A DNA stretch of 63,395 nt, filler included, from Octopus bimaculoides (taxonomy: Eukaryota), in NCBI RefSeq assembly GCF_001194135.2. It is 5 parts of 5 records of this genome, joined end to end, with 100 filler letters (N's around TTAATTAATTAA, not from the genome) between each part and the next. Parts side by side here need not be neighbours in the genome. Positions count along the whole stretch, not along the records: positions 14,128 to 29,241 come from NC_068998.1; positions 29,342 to 58,559 come from NC_068983.1; 3 more parts are not named here. One strand, 5' to 3'. The notes below the pieces were generated by a model. The model had not been told where the DNA came from, did not search any database, and saw nothing but the letters and a program-made list of their open reading frames with translations. A program made the translations under genes and the position numbers. Below, in pieces: positions 23,568-34,449 of this stretch. Numbering within the stretch: position 1 is the stretch's first letter; the number at the start of each line of letters is the position of its first letter.

Positions 23568-25002
23568 CAATTCCTTGATTAACTGTTATAATCAATATTA
23601 ATTAATTGCAATGAATTCACCTCATCATGAATGTATGTTTGATTTAAAAATCCATCGTATCTCTGCCTTAAGAATTTTCCAAGATGATATTGCTGCAGCT
23701 TCCCAATCTGAAAAATAAATAACAAATAAATGAAATACAAACAAAAGAGAATAAAAGAAAACATAATTACCAAACCTGGAAATAGGTTAGGGGTGGGGGT
23801 GGCAACCAGAAAAGGGTGGCTGGTTACAGAAAACTCTTCTCCAACAAACTTGTGCCGGACTCATCATGGGTCGATAGAGAGACTTTTTTTTTCTCAGACA
23901 AAAACTGAAGCTTCAGGCTTTTTAATGATGCACACACATTAAGTATGTCCTTTAACTAAAGTATTTAATTAAGAGTTAGTTCTATTGCATACACTGAATT
24001 TTATTCAGCCTTAATGGTGTCATTGCAAACCAGTTAATTGTTTTTTGTCTCTGTGTACTTCAGATTGGTTAATTCAATCTTGTTTTGATAATGACATGAA
24101 ATACGTGACATTCACCAGCTGCAAAAATGGAGATAATATCTATCTGTCACTCTTGTGCTCACTTCCAGGTCAAATATATACACATACACACACATTATAT
24201 ATATATATATATATAAACTAGGTTGTCTCTCTTTAGGCACATCACATTGTGAGGGTTTCACAGTAATTCGAGTATTAGGATTTCATTTTTTCCTTTTTCA
24301 CTATGGCATGATTTATTAAGTTTGTCAGGTATTTTTAAAATCGAAGAAGTTAAACCAAAGAATTCAAGAATGGGGAGGAATTGAAGGTTAATGCAAATGT
24401 GAATTACAAAACAAAAAGTCTCCACAATGTCATGAGAGTTATTTTGAGCAAACAGGATCAAAACTAATAAATAGGGTTAGGATGCATAAACAACAAATCA
24501 AGCATTCCTGTCAGAAATGTTCCATGTAGTAAACATCTAGGTATTTGCGCAAATGGAAAATTCTAAATATTCCCATTTTCTCAAAATAAGAGAAGAAAAT
24601 GATCAAATATGAAAGTTAAAAGGAGAATAGTTTTTAAGAATTCTAAATCTGAAACTAAACTGGAAATGGTCATTACTGCTTGTAAAAGCAATTACTTCAA
24701 TACATGATGTGTGTTTGAAAAGCTCACGATAGAGAAAAGTGCTTAACATAACAAGAAAACCTCCCATAAGGTCTGTGTCATTCTGTTTCTTTTTTTTAAA
24801 GGTCTTATCATATAATTAATAATTTTTGATTTCAGAAAATCCTTGTTCAAATATGTCTACACACACACACACACATATACAAATTAGATGGTTTGGATTT
24901 ACTTACGTTAGACAGCCATCCAAATCCTTGGGGCCAACTGTCTTCTTTGTGCACATCTGTGGGAAATGAATCGATGGGAGAACGATCGCCATGTCGGTAA
25001 AC
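14412..25002 (-). CDS. Lysosomal/prostatic-type histidine acid phosphatase (ACP2/ACPP/ACPT-like), partial spliced gene, 8 exons
   Basis: join complement 24907-25002, 23621-23707, 21140-21292, 20337-20432, 17925-18014, 16022-16145, 15663-15751, 14412-14604. All introns are GT-AG with compatible phases, giving 928 nt with no stop. Motifs RHGDRSP, QRCLMSA, WQPIPV, CPRY, YSA/HD and PPYAS are present, with six N-x-S/T sequons. The signal-peptide exon and the last exon were not found. Confidence 0.95.
15327..15608. mobile_element. piggyBac-type MITE with an internal ~58-bp duplication
   Basis: Ends ttagccctttagtatt...aatggtaacgagttaa are a degenerate inverted pair with TTAA-like termini; the body is the reverse complement of the element at 25120-25496. 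Confidence 0.55.
15663..15751 (-). CDS. Acid phosphatase exon 8 (GPLLQKMLNNMQKKIHSKPDFKTKLFMYSA)
   Basis: tttcag acceptor, gtgagt donor, 89 nt, phase 1-0; not in the ORF track. Confidence 0.92.
16022..16145 (-). CDS. Acid phosphatase exon 7 (GHHNFSKPSWLNETVYNKL...MARLKG)
   Basis: ttacag acceptor, gtaagt donor, 124 nt, phase 0-1. Confidence 0.93.
16490..16600 (+). mobile_element. RTE LINE ORF2 C-terminal remnant
   Basis: RIRKQILQAEPTDRKCRGRRRMRWLDYLHEDL matches the RTE-type motif RxxRGRPxxRWxD. Confidence 0.6.
17925..18014 (-). CDS. Acid phosphatase exon 6 (PFYEFLSRVTGGPKENISYVWMLADTLICE)
   Basis: ttgcag acceptor, gtaagt donor, 90 nt, phase 0-0. Confidence 0.93.
18193..18441 (-). mobile_element. 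RTE-type LINE 3' tail with (CAT)n on the plus strand
   Basis: Same family as 14128-14313, 23064-23348 and 25226-25432; runs into an N gap towards the ORF2 fragment. Confidence 0.8.
18727..19248. repeat. 160-bp direct repeat (18727-18886 and 19089-19248), period 362 bp
   Basis: The two copies look identical by eye and bracket an RTE ORF2 fragment. Confidence 0.9.
18887..19088 (-). mobile_element. RTE (BovB-like) LINE ORF2 fragment, 5'-truncated
   Basis: EKLEVVDSFRYLGDQVSSGGGCAESVAARIRIAWAKFRELLPLLATKGLSLRVKGRLYDACVRTTMLHGSE is the RT C-terminal/thumb region (FxYLG; LYGSE-type motif). Confidence 0.9.
20337..20432 (-). CDS. Acid phosphatase exon 5 (ILQISKACPRYDKLKEQELKTHAIKEEEKKNK)
   Basis: ctgtag acceptor, gtaaga donor, 96 nt, conserved CPRY. 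An alternative in-frame acceptor 9 nt inside the exon (ttacag) is possible. Confidence 0.88.
21140..21292 (-). CDS. Acid phosphatase exon 4 (ISAQSSAVQRCLMSAYSNLAGLYPP...WQPIPVSMIPTEEDN)
   Basis: ttgcag acceptor, gtaagt donor, 153 nt, phase 0-0. Confidence 0.95.
23064..23348 (+). mobile_element. RTE-type LINE 3' tail (more diverged) with (GAT)n end
   Basis: Matches the 14128-14313 family; upstream gctggtgc...aaaagcacc repeats. Confidence 0.7.
23621..23707 (-). CDS. Acid phosphatase exon 3 (IGKLQQYHLGKFLRQRYDGFLNQTYIHDE)
   Basis: tttcag acceptor, gtgaat donor, 87 nt, LGxxLRxRY motif. Confidence 0.94.
24907..25002 (-). CDS. Acid phosphatase exon 2 (VYRHGDRSPIDSFPTDVHKEDSWPQGFGWLSN, nucleophile His)
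   Basis: ttctag acceptor, gtaagt donor, 96 nt; RHGxRxP signature; not in the ORF track. Confidence 0.96.
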
Positions 25003-25119
25003 CTAGAAAGAGAGGAAAACAAAAACAGAATGTGACTGGTGAGAGAGAGACAGAAAGAGTGAGAGAGAGACAGAAAGAGTGAGAGAGAGACAGAAAGAGT
25101 GAGAGAGAGAGAGAGAGAT

Positions 25120-25496
25120 TTAACCCTTTAGCATTCAGATTATTCTATCAAATACAATGCTTATTTATTCACTTTGGTTTCAGTTCTTCAAGTGTTATCT
25201 CATAGCTTTGAGATTTTAAAGATGTCATCATCATCATCGTTTAACGTCCGTTTTCCATGCTGGCATGGGTTGGACGGTTTGACTGGGGACTGGCAAGCCA
25301 GGAGGCTGTACCAGGCTCCAATCTGATCTGGCAGTGTTTCTACAGCTGGATGCCCTTCCTAACGCCAACCATTCTGAGAGTGTAGCGGGTGCTTTTTATG
25401 TGCCATCAGCACGGAAGCCAATCAGGCAGCACTGACATTGTAGGGTAGGTATGAGAGACCAGATCTGGCTGGTTTGAACTTACAACAGGTAGGATA
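25120..25496. mobile_element. piggyBac-type MITE (ttaaccctttagcatt end) interrupted by an RTE tail
   Basis: TTAA-CCC terminus at 25120; the body resumes at 25433 and matches the reverse complement of 15327-15608; the far terminus is not recognisable. Confidence 0.55.
25226..25432 (-). mobile_element. RTE-type LINE 3' tail inserted in the MITE
   Basis: (CAT)n-cgtttaacgtccgttttccatgctggcatggg... family match. Confidence 0.8.
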
Positions 25497-26734
25497 TGAG
25501 CAGCTATAAAAACCCTGATTTTGGGGAAATTACTCAGTGATTGTTGGATGTTACTAAACTCCACGACACTCACTCCTTGAGATATTGGCTATTTTTTATG
25601 CCATGTCTATGACTTAAATCCAACAAGACTTATTTGAATTGTTGTGAACTCTAGAAGTTAGTATGACGGATTAGCTAAGTGTGAATTTTAAGTCATAATT
25701 CTCTATGACAAAATGACTTTACTTTCCAATTGTACTATAAATGCTAAATGTACATGAATAAACTAATGTAGTAATTATTTTCTCTTTCTTCACGTTCTTC
25801 AACTTTTTAATGAAATTTATTTCTGTAATTATGAAACTGTATTGGGATAAATAAATGAAATCATTATTATCATTATTATTATAATTTCTTCAAACCTTGG
25901 CAGAAGGCTATAGTTGCTGTAATTGCCAGGAATATATTTTAACGAACAACATAAAAATGGAAAACAAATCATACATAAATTATAAATATATGGATTAAAA
26001 TAAAAGTAGGTTGACAGTAAATATATCAACAACAACAACGAAACCTAAGAATTGGTGGTGAAGCACAGTAAGATTACAAAGTGATCAACGACTGGTTTTG
26101 AGCTGTCGGAAGAGAACACAGATAAGGCCTGTGACCTACTTTGACCTTTTGATATCATTGGAAACATATCTAGAACTAAGTGTACTGACTGGGAGACATA
26201 ACTAGGAAGTTGGCTGAGTTCAGAGGAGGAATAAGGAATAAGTACTTTGTCATCACTGACAAGAGAGATGATGCAGCAGATCAGCTGCTGTTTGCAGGCA
26301 AGAAGGGAAGAACTCGGGGCTAATAATGCTTGGCAGAAACCCCACTGGTCGTCACAGGGGAGGGGTGCCAATGAAATAGCAATTTCTTACACTGCCACCA
26401 CCATCACCACCACCACCACCACCACCACGAATATGAAGTGCTGTGTGTGTGTGTGTGTGTGTATACATATATATATATACACATACACATATTAGTATTT
26501 ACTTATGTATATTTATATATATGTATATATACACATACATATATGTATATACACACATACATATATGTATATACACACATACATATATGCATATATACAT
26601 ATATGCATACACATATACATATACGCATACACATATATATATACATACATATACACACATATATATATATACATACATATACATATACATACATATACAC
26701 ACATATACATATACATATATATACACATATATCA

Positions 26735-27070
26735 GAGACCCTCATCAGTCACAAATAACCTTGGCATTGCACCTAGAAAGTTACCCTCTGAGGCACAAGT
26801 CCAAGCAAGGTTGTTTGTGGAAGACCAGCAGTCGCCCATACATACCATCCTCCCCTCTCCACACCACTGATGATATCCAAGGGAAAGGCAAAGGGGCCGA
26901 TAGAGCTTGGCACCAGTGACGTCACAACTCATTTCTACAGCTGAGAGAACTGGAGCAACGTAAAATAAAGTGTCTTGCTCAAGAACACAACACGCAGCTC
27001 GGTCCGGGATTCAAACTCACAACCTGATGGTCGTAAGGTCGACATTCTAACCACTGAGCCATGTGCCTTC
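26735..27070 (-). mobile_element. SINE family B, full length
   Basis: Reverse complement of 58715-59037; A box TGGCTCAGTGG and B-box-like GAGTTTGAATCC on the minus strand. Confidence 0.85.
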
Positions 27071-27075
27071 ACAGA

Positions 27076-27149
<74 letters not shown>

Positions 27150-27717
27150 CTACGTATCATTGTTATTATCATTATTTAACGTATACTTTGCTTTCCATAC
27201 TGGAATGGGTCAGACCGTTTGAAAGGAAGACTGCACCATGCCTCACTGCCCGTTCTGGGATGGAAGCACGGTGCATATATAAATGCAGGGTCTGTTCACC
27301 AGCTAGTTTCAATGCGAACGCTTCGATTCAAGACCAGCTGGTGGACACACTGAATGAAGCTGCACAGAAAATTTTGCCCAGTTGCATATACATCTGTGCA
27401 TACTCTGTGCAGTGGAAACATGCTGAAAGGCTGCACCAGAGTGTCTACCTACGCCTTTTCTACAGGTCAAGCAGGGCCACCTACCTGAAGGGATTTGCTC
27501 TTGACTTTGCCAGAAATAACGGGAACCTCATCTACCCTTGGGAAATCTATTTAACCCATAGATACATACATCCACACACACACACATGACAGGCTTTTTT
27601 CCAGTTTCCATCTACTGAATCCACTCTCAAAGCTTTGGTTGGCCTCTAGGCTATAGCTGGGTAGGCACCAAACTTCTGTAACATAACAATTGAACCTTGT
27701 AATATTACAAAAATCAT

Positions 27718-28078
27718 GGAGGCGCAATGGCTCAGTGGTTAGGGCAGCGGACTCATGGTTGTAGGATCGCGGTTTCAATACCCAGACCAGGCATTGTGAG
27801 TGTTTATTGAAGGAAAACACCTAAAGCTCCACGAGGCTCTGGCAGGGGCTGTTGGTGAACCCTGCTGTACTCTTTCACCACAACTTTCTTTCACTCTTTC
27901 TCTTTCTGTTGTATTTGTATTTCAAAGCGTCAGCCTTGTCACACTGAATATCCCCGAGAACTACGTTAAGGGTACACGTGTCTGTGGAGTGCTCAGCCAC
28001 TTTCCCATTAATTTCATGAGCAGCTGTTCCATTGATTGGATCAATTGGAACTGTTGTTGTCGTAACCGACGGAGTGCC
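27718..28078 (+). mobile_element. SINE family C
   Basis: ggaggcgcaatggctcagtggttag head and ...cgtaaccgacggagtgcc tail, as at 33427. Confidence 0.85.
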
Positions 28079-29174
28079 ACGATTACAAAAATCAATCGAA
28101 ACAAACTTTAAAGAAAGACATCAGCTCAAGACTCTGAGAAGAACATGCAGTGGGGGTCACAGGCCATTGCAGTCGTTACTGCCGTGCACCACTGACCACT
28201 CCTCTTGTCCTGGCCCACCGCCCCTCCCCCTCGATCTTCTGCTGCTTTGCACCCCGCTCCTTTTCCCCGTTTTTTCTTTGCATCTTTATAAAGTATAAAT
28301 TAGCAAAATAAAGTGTTAGATATGAGAAAAGTAGCCAGTTGCAGATTGTGGGGTCGACACCGTTTTGACTGCAATGGAATTAATCCAAAGGAAGAAAGAA
28401 AGTTGCAGGAATAAAATGGACGAAAACGAGAAGAACTGAAACCTTGCCTATCCTCAAACTACGTTCACGTCTGCTCTGCGAAGTGTTTAAACTTGTACTG
28501 CAAACATTCCATGTCAAGGATGGGCGTTTGTGGGTCATGAGAACTAACACAGAAACGAAACAATGGCAATGGACAGAAGGTAGTTAAGAAACCTAGAAAC
28601 ACCAGCTAGGATCACTGGCTCTAAAATTTGGAGGTGAAGGAAGGAGTCTATGTGAAGACAGTTTGGTGGGGGACAAAGTACCATGCCTTTTGTTACCATA
28701 TATCAGCTGAGAGAATAATCTGCTTCCGCTTCGACTGATTTCAAACATTTTTTTATCTTTTACTTGTTTCACTCATTAGACTGCGACCATGATGGGGCAC
28801 TGCCTTGAAGAATTTTTAGTTGAATGAATCAAACTTAGTTCGTGAGGAATTTAGAAAAACAACTTTGTCACAATTAATACTTAGTGTCTGGAACATAGCA
28901 TGAAGTTTTAGGGGGAAGATTTTAATTAGAATCACTTTAAAACAGGGAGTTTCTATCATGGAACCAGGGACCAAATTTATAAACATTTCAATAAAATTAA
29001 AAGGTCTCTTTATTAATAGAGATAGGGAGGGCAAAAAATCTCCCATGGGTGTGTGTGTGCAAAGAGAAATATAATATATATATATAGAGAGATAGATAGA
29101 TAGATATATAGATAGACAGATATATAGATCGACAAACAGGCAGGCATATTACATGCACACATACATACAAATAT

Positions 29175-29241
<67 letters not shown>

Positions 29242-29341
29242 NNNNNNNNNNNNNNNNNNNNNNNNNNNNNNNNNNNNNNNNNNNNTTAATTAATTAANNN
29301 NNNNNNNNNNNNNNNNNNNNNNNNNNNNNNNNNNNNNNNNN
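29242..29341. other. Artificial scaffold join (44 N + TTAATTAATTAA + 44 N)
   Basis: Linker at 29286-29297. Confidence 0.95.
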
Positions 29342-29386
29342 AAGCTAGCTACCTACCACACAGCCACTCCTGCGCCTATGTGTGTA

Positions 29387-29459
<73 letters not shown>

Positions 29460-31468
29460 GCATATCTTCTTTCACTAGTTCCACTTGCCAATACAATAGA
29501 ACAAATCAACACGGGTAGCCATTGTTTTAAAACTTAGTAACCATTAAGTTGGGGATATAGACAAAGGAAAACTGGTGGTCAAGTGGTGTGTTGTAGATTA
29601 AATTAAAACTCTTATACATAAATACCTATCAATTTACATAAAGCTAGTCTCTTAATCTCACAGCCGCATCTCCAAAATTATTCCCACATACACACACACC
29701 TACACATTCGCACACACACACTCACTTATTCTTTATTTTTGTTCGATGTTAGCAAAAGTTTTGGTTGAAGCCTTCAGTGTGTCGCGTGTTTTTACTCTCA
29801 TATCACTTTGTTGGTGACAGCGAGTGTAGTATTTAAACTTGCACCTAGCGGTATGTCTTAATTTCTCCATTAGTGTAACACCAATGAGTGCACTAATCAC
29901 TAAATGGAGAGTATAACCAGTTAATCTCCTCACATATCAGTGTCCATATCTAAAATACTAGACACCAAAACAACTCAGTCTTCCATATCACTTTAGTAAG
30001 ATGTCTCAGGCGATTAAGATCATACTGAATTAAACAGCAGTATGGCCCTTTGACAATGGCATATGATACGTTGGATTTTATTATGAAGTTCTGTAGTACA
30101 CCAGAGAATATACAACTTGAAGCGGAATTGACTTCGCCAAGTTGATTGGTTGTTGAAGATGGTATCTTTAGAGGTAAATCAATTAACCAATACTGTAGTC
30201 ACCGCATGGATTTGTGCATGTTGCTCGAGATTAGTCGGAGATTAGCCACAGTTTTCTTGTATTAACAATTTCAACTCTATTAAAGGCAACCTAGCTGTAA
30301 ACATCCCATGATAACTAGCCACGACTACTATCTCTTCTCAATAGTTTATCACAAAAATTAAATAATTTTTTCCAGTGTAGTTTTCCTTATAAAGAATCTC
30401 CACTAATTTTATAATGACTAGGCCTCTATTTCATGTAGTAAAAAGAGTGAGTCACAGAGTGGGTCTACCACTGGCGTGTGAAACCTCTGGCTAGAAATGT
30501 ATTGTGCATGTACAAAAACCTGACAATTACAATTTATCCTTTCACATTTGATAAAAAAGCTATAAATCAAATATTTTGGTCGATATCATTAGCGTATTCA
30601 TTTCTAAAATATAACGTGCTAGTGCTAGATCGGCATAAATCATCAAATGATTAATTCATTATTATTGGCATAATTTGCAAGAGATGCGAAACCTATCGTG
30701 TGCAGTAAAAATAGTAATGAGTGAGAGATCGAGAAACTTTGTAGTCTGTGCACAGATACACTACTTAAAAACGGAATATTTCTAAGGTCTCCATATAGAT
30801 AAACATGATTGCTTATATAATGTAATCAATCAATTAGTAATAATAATCTTAATCGTTTGTTCTATTTATTCACAGTTTCCTCCTTAATCTCTCTGTAATG
30901 TAATTTATTTGTCAGTTTCATTTAACCCTAAATAGTATGTATGTTCCTGATTTTATTCTTTAATTTCGAAGTCTTGTGCGATATTCTCATTTCCAAGCAA
31001 GTTGCATTTTCTTACACTACATTTGGTATATTCCTATATTCCGATACTCATTCTCATGTGTTGGCTGATTTTATGAATAATACTTAACTATCTGCTTACT
31101 GGAACTTGCATATATATTCAAATCATCCAACAAAGATAAGGTTACATAGCTTCTTTGTAACATCTGTACAAAATTGTACATTCGTTTATGATATTTGTTA
31201 ATTAACTCAGAATTAGACATAAGTGTACATGGACAAACTTATCTGTGTGCAAGTTACTTTTTCTTCTTTCTTCTTTGTACTTGTTTCAGTCATCTGACTG
31301 TTGTCATGCTGGGGCATCTCCTTGATGAGTTTTAGTCGAATAAAGTGAGGGCGGGACATTTTTAAAGCCTAGTACTTATTCAATCGGTCTCTTTTGCAGA
31401 GCCACTAATTCACAGGGAAGATATACCCGCCACCACCGGTTGTCAATCGCGAATTAGCGGCGGGAGAT

Positions 31469-31509
<41 letters not shown>

Positions 31510-33426
31510 NNNNNNNNNNNNNNNNNNNNNNNNNNNNNNNNNNNNNNNNNNNNNNNNNNNNNNNNNNNNNNNNNNNNNNNNNNNNNNNNNNNNNNNNNNN
31601 NNNNNNNNNNNNNNNNNNNNNNNNNNNNNNNNNNNNNNNNNNNNNNNNNNNNNNNNNNNNNNNNNNNNNNNNNNNNNNNNNNNNNNNNNNNNNNNNNNNN
31701 NNNNNNNNNNNNNNNNNNNNNNNNNNNNNNNNNNNNNNNNNNNNNNNNNNNNNNNNNNNNNNNNNNNNNNNNNNNNNNNNNNNNNNNNNNNNNNNNNNNN
31801 NNNNNNNNNATATATATATTAATGTGTGTATGTTTGACACCTCCCACCCTCGCTTGACAACTGTTGTTGGTGCGTTTACTTCCATGTAACTTAGTAGTTC
31901 GGCAAAAGAGACTGATAGGATAAGTATTAGGTTTACAAATAAGTCCTTGGGGTCTATTTGTTCGACTAAAAGCGATGCTCCGAACTGGCCGCATTCAAAG
32001 GACTAAAACAAGTAAAAGAATAAAAGAATAAATACATATACATGTATGTATGTATGCATCCCTCTCTTTCCACGCTCTCCCCCTCTCTCCCTCTCTGTAT
32101 ATATATTTTCTCTTAAGTATAATAAATGAGGCAGCATTAGATATATGCATGTCATCATCGAGGTTCCGGATCGTATTGAATCATGATCAACATGTCGTTC
32201 ATGAGAGAATTATTGCAGCTGTTTTTGTTGTTGACGATGATGATGATGAAGAGGAAGAGGAGAGAAATAATTAGGATAGGCACTGCAGTATTAACAATCA
32301 TTTATAACTCTACCGTCATCGTGAACATGATGATCAGCATGATAAATACCATTATCAACAACTTCCTGCTCTACAACATCGTCGTCATCACCATTATCTA
32401 TTCATCATCGCCAATATCACCATTTCCACCAACACCATTGTCACCACAACTACACAACCTACACCACTGCCACCACCATGATCACTGTCATCATTAATAT
32501 TGTCATCCTTGTCTACGTCGTTGTCATCATCAACAGTATTAACTATGAAAGCTAATGATAAAATTACAAAACCCTCTCCGTAGTTGTAACATCCACGTCA
32601 CGATTCTTATTTTGATGTACAGCAGTGATGGATAATTAGGTGATTCCTCATTGTTTATCGACAAACTGCTAACTGTCAACAATATTGAGCAGTAGGTGTG
32701 AAGATAAACAAATTAGAACGTTGCAGAATGAGATAAGCAACATATATTGGCATCAACAACCACAGTATCAGTAACTCCACCTCAAACACTGTACATTGCA
32801 AGCAGCCTCACCAGCTCCACTACGGAGCGAGCGAGAGAAAAAATTCCAAAAGTATACTTTCAGTCGCTATCATTATTATTACCATTATCATCCGCCATTT
32901 TCCCTGCCAAACTCACCGCCAATACCATCTGCTCCTAAATAAGCGCTACGAAAATAGAAATTTTTTGTTAGGAGATAAACAAGTCTATTTTTCCTCCATT
33001 TCTGCAGAACCTTGCTTTTGTCAGCAATTTTACAGTAACCACTATCGCAAGTATATATAGCAAGTATATACATATATGTATGTAAGTATATATATATATA
33101 TATATATATATACTAAATAACATGACCAGAAATTTCCCCGTAGAGAGCACCACCATCCTCTCAACCTCTGCTGCCAATTCCATTATATCTTTGGAAACAG
33201 CTTCATTGCACCGCGATTAACAAACAAAAAACAGTAGCATCATTTTTATGTAGTTGATACTCTCAATGTCAGTAGTCATTACACATCTAGTTCGGTGCAG
33301 CCACTATTAAACACACACATTTTGGATCACATCCTTCAATCTGCAAACAAAAACCTAAAATCCTATTATCAAATTGATTGGTGAATCTTGTAAGTCCATA
33401 AGAACCAATGTATTTTTGGACCATGT

Positions 33427-33814
33427 GGAGGTGCAATGGCCCAATGGTTAGAGCAGCGGAATCGTGGTCATAGGATCGCGGTTTCGATTCCCAGACCGGG
33501 CGATTTGAGTGTTTATTGAGCGAAAACACCTAAAGCCCCACGAGGCTCCGGCAGTGGATGGTGGTGAACCCTGCTGTAGTCTTTCACCACAACCGTCTCT
33601 CACTCTTACTTCCTGTTTCTGTTGTTCCTGTAATTCAAAGGGTCAGCCTTGTCATACTGTGTCACGCTGAATATCCCCGAGAACTACGTTAAGGGTACAC
33701 GTGTCTGTGGAGTGCTCAGCCACTTACACGTTAATTTCACGAGCAGGCTGTTCCGTTGATCGGATCAACTGGAACCCTCGACGTCGTAAGCGACGGAGTG
33801 CCAACAACAACAAC
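33427..33814 (+). mobile_element. SINE family C, full length with (AAC)n tail
   Basis: tRNA-like head (TGGCCCAATGG, GTTTCGATTCC), body and simple-repeat tail. Confidence 0.88.
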
Positions 33815-34041
33815 CACATTTTTGGACAAATTTCTTAGATTTTGCTTTTCACAGCGCCTGTAGTTGCTTTTCGTTGTCTTCTGAAATCTCATTTTTTCTG
33901 CTTTTTTCTTAATATTTTGGTTTCCCGGCTATTACTTCTCAAGTAAGAGCTGTAACTAAAATCCTCACAGTTGCTAAAAATCCAAAGAACTCATTACGTT
34001 TCTTTAGCTTTAAAAGTAAATAGTCATACTCTTCTCTTCTC

Positions 34042-34449
34042 TTGGCACTCCGTCGCTTACGACGTCGAGGGTTCCAGTCGATCCGATCAACGGAACAGCC
34101 ACTCGTGAAATTAACGTGCAAGTGGCTGAGCACTCTACAGACACGTGTACCCTTAACGTAGTTCTCGGGGATATTCAGCGTGACACAGTGTGACATGGCT
34201 GGCCCTTTGAAATATAGGCACAATAGAAACAGGAAGTAAGAGTGAGAGAATGTTGGGGTGAGAGAGAACAGCAGGGTTCGCCACCATCCCCTGCCGAAGC
34301 CACGTGGAGCTTTAGGTGTTTTCGCTCAATAAACACTCACAACGCCCGGTCCTGGAATCGAAACCGCGATCCTATGACCGCGAGTCCGCTGCCCTAACCA
34401 CTGCACCTCCACTAAATAATGGCACTAAATAGGGCCATTGCACCTCCAC
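34042..34449 (-). mobile_element. SINE family C, inverted relative to 33427-33814, with a rearranged head
   Basis: Roughly 90% identical by eye to the reverse complement of 33427-33802. Confidence 0.88.

Noticed and set aside
28130-28700. GC box, TATA-like and hydrophobic stretches as the phosphatase promoter or exon 1
   Set aside because: No ATG-initiated signal peptide ending at a phase-0 GT donor could be built; the motifs alone are too common.
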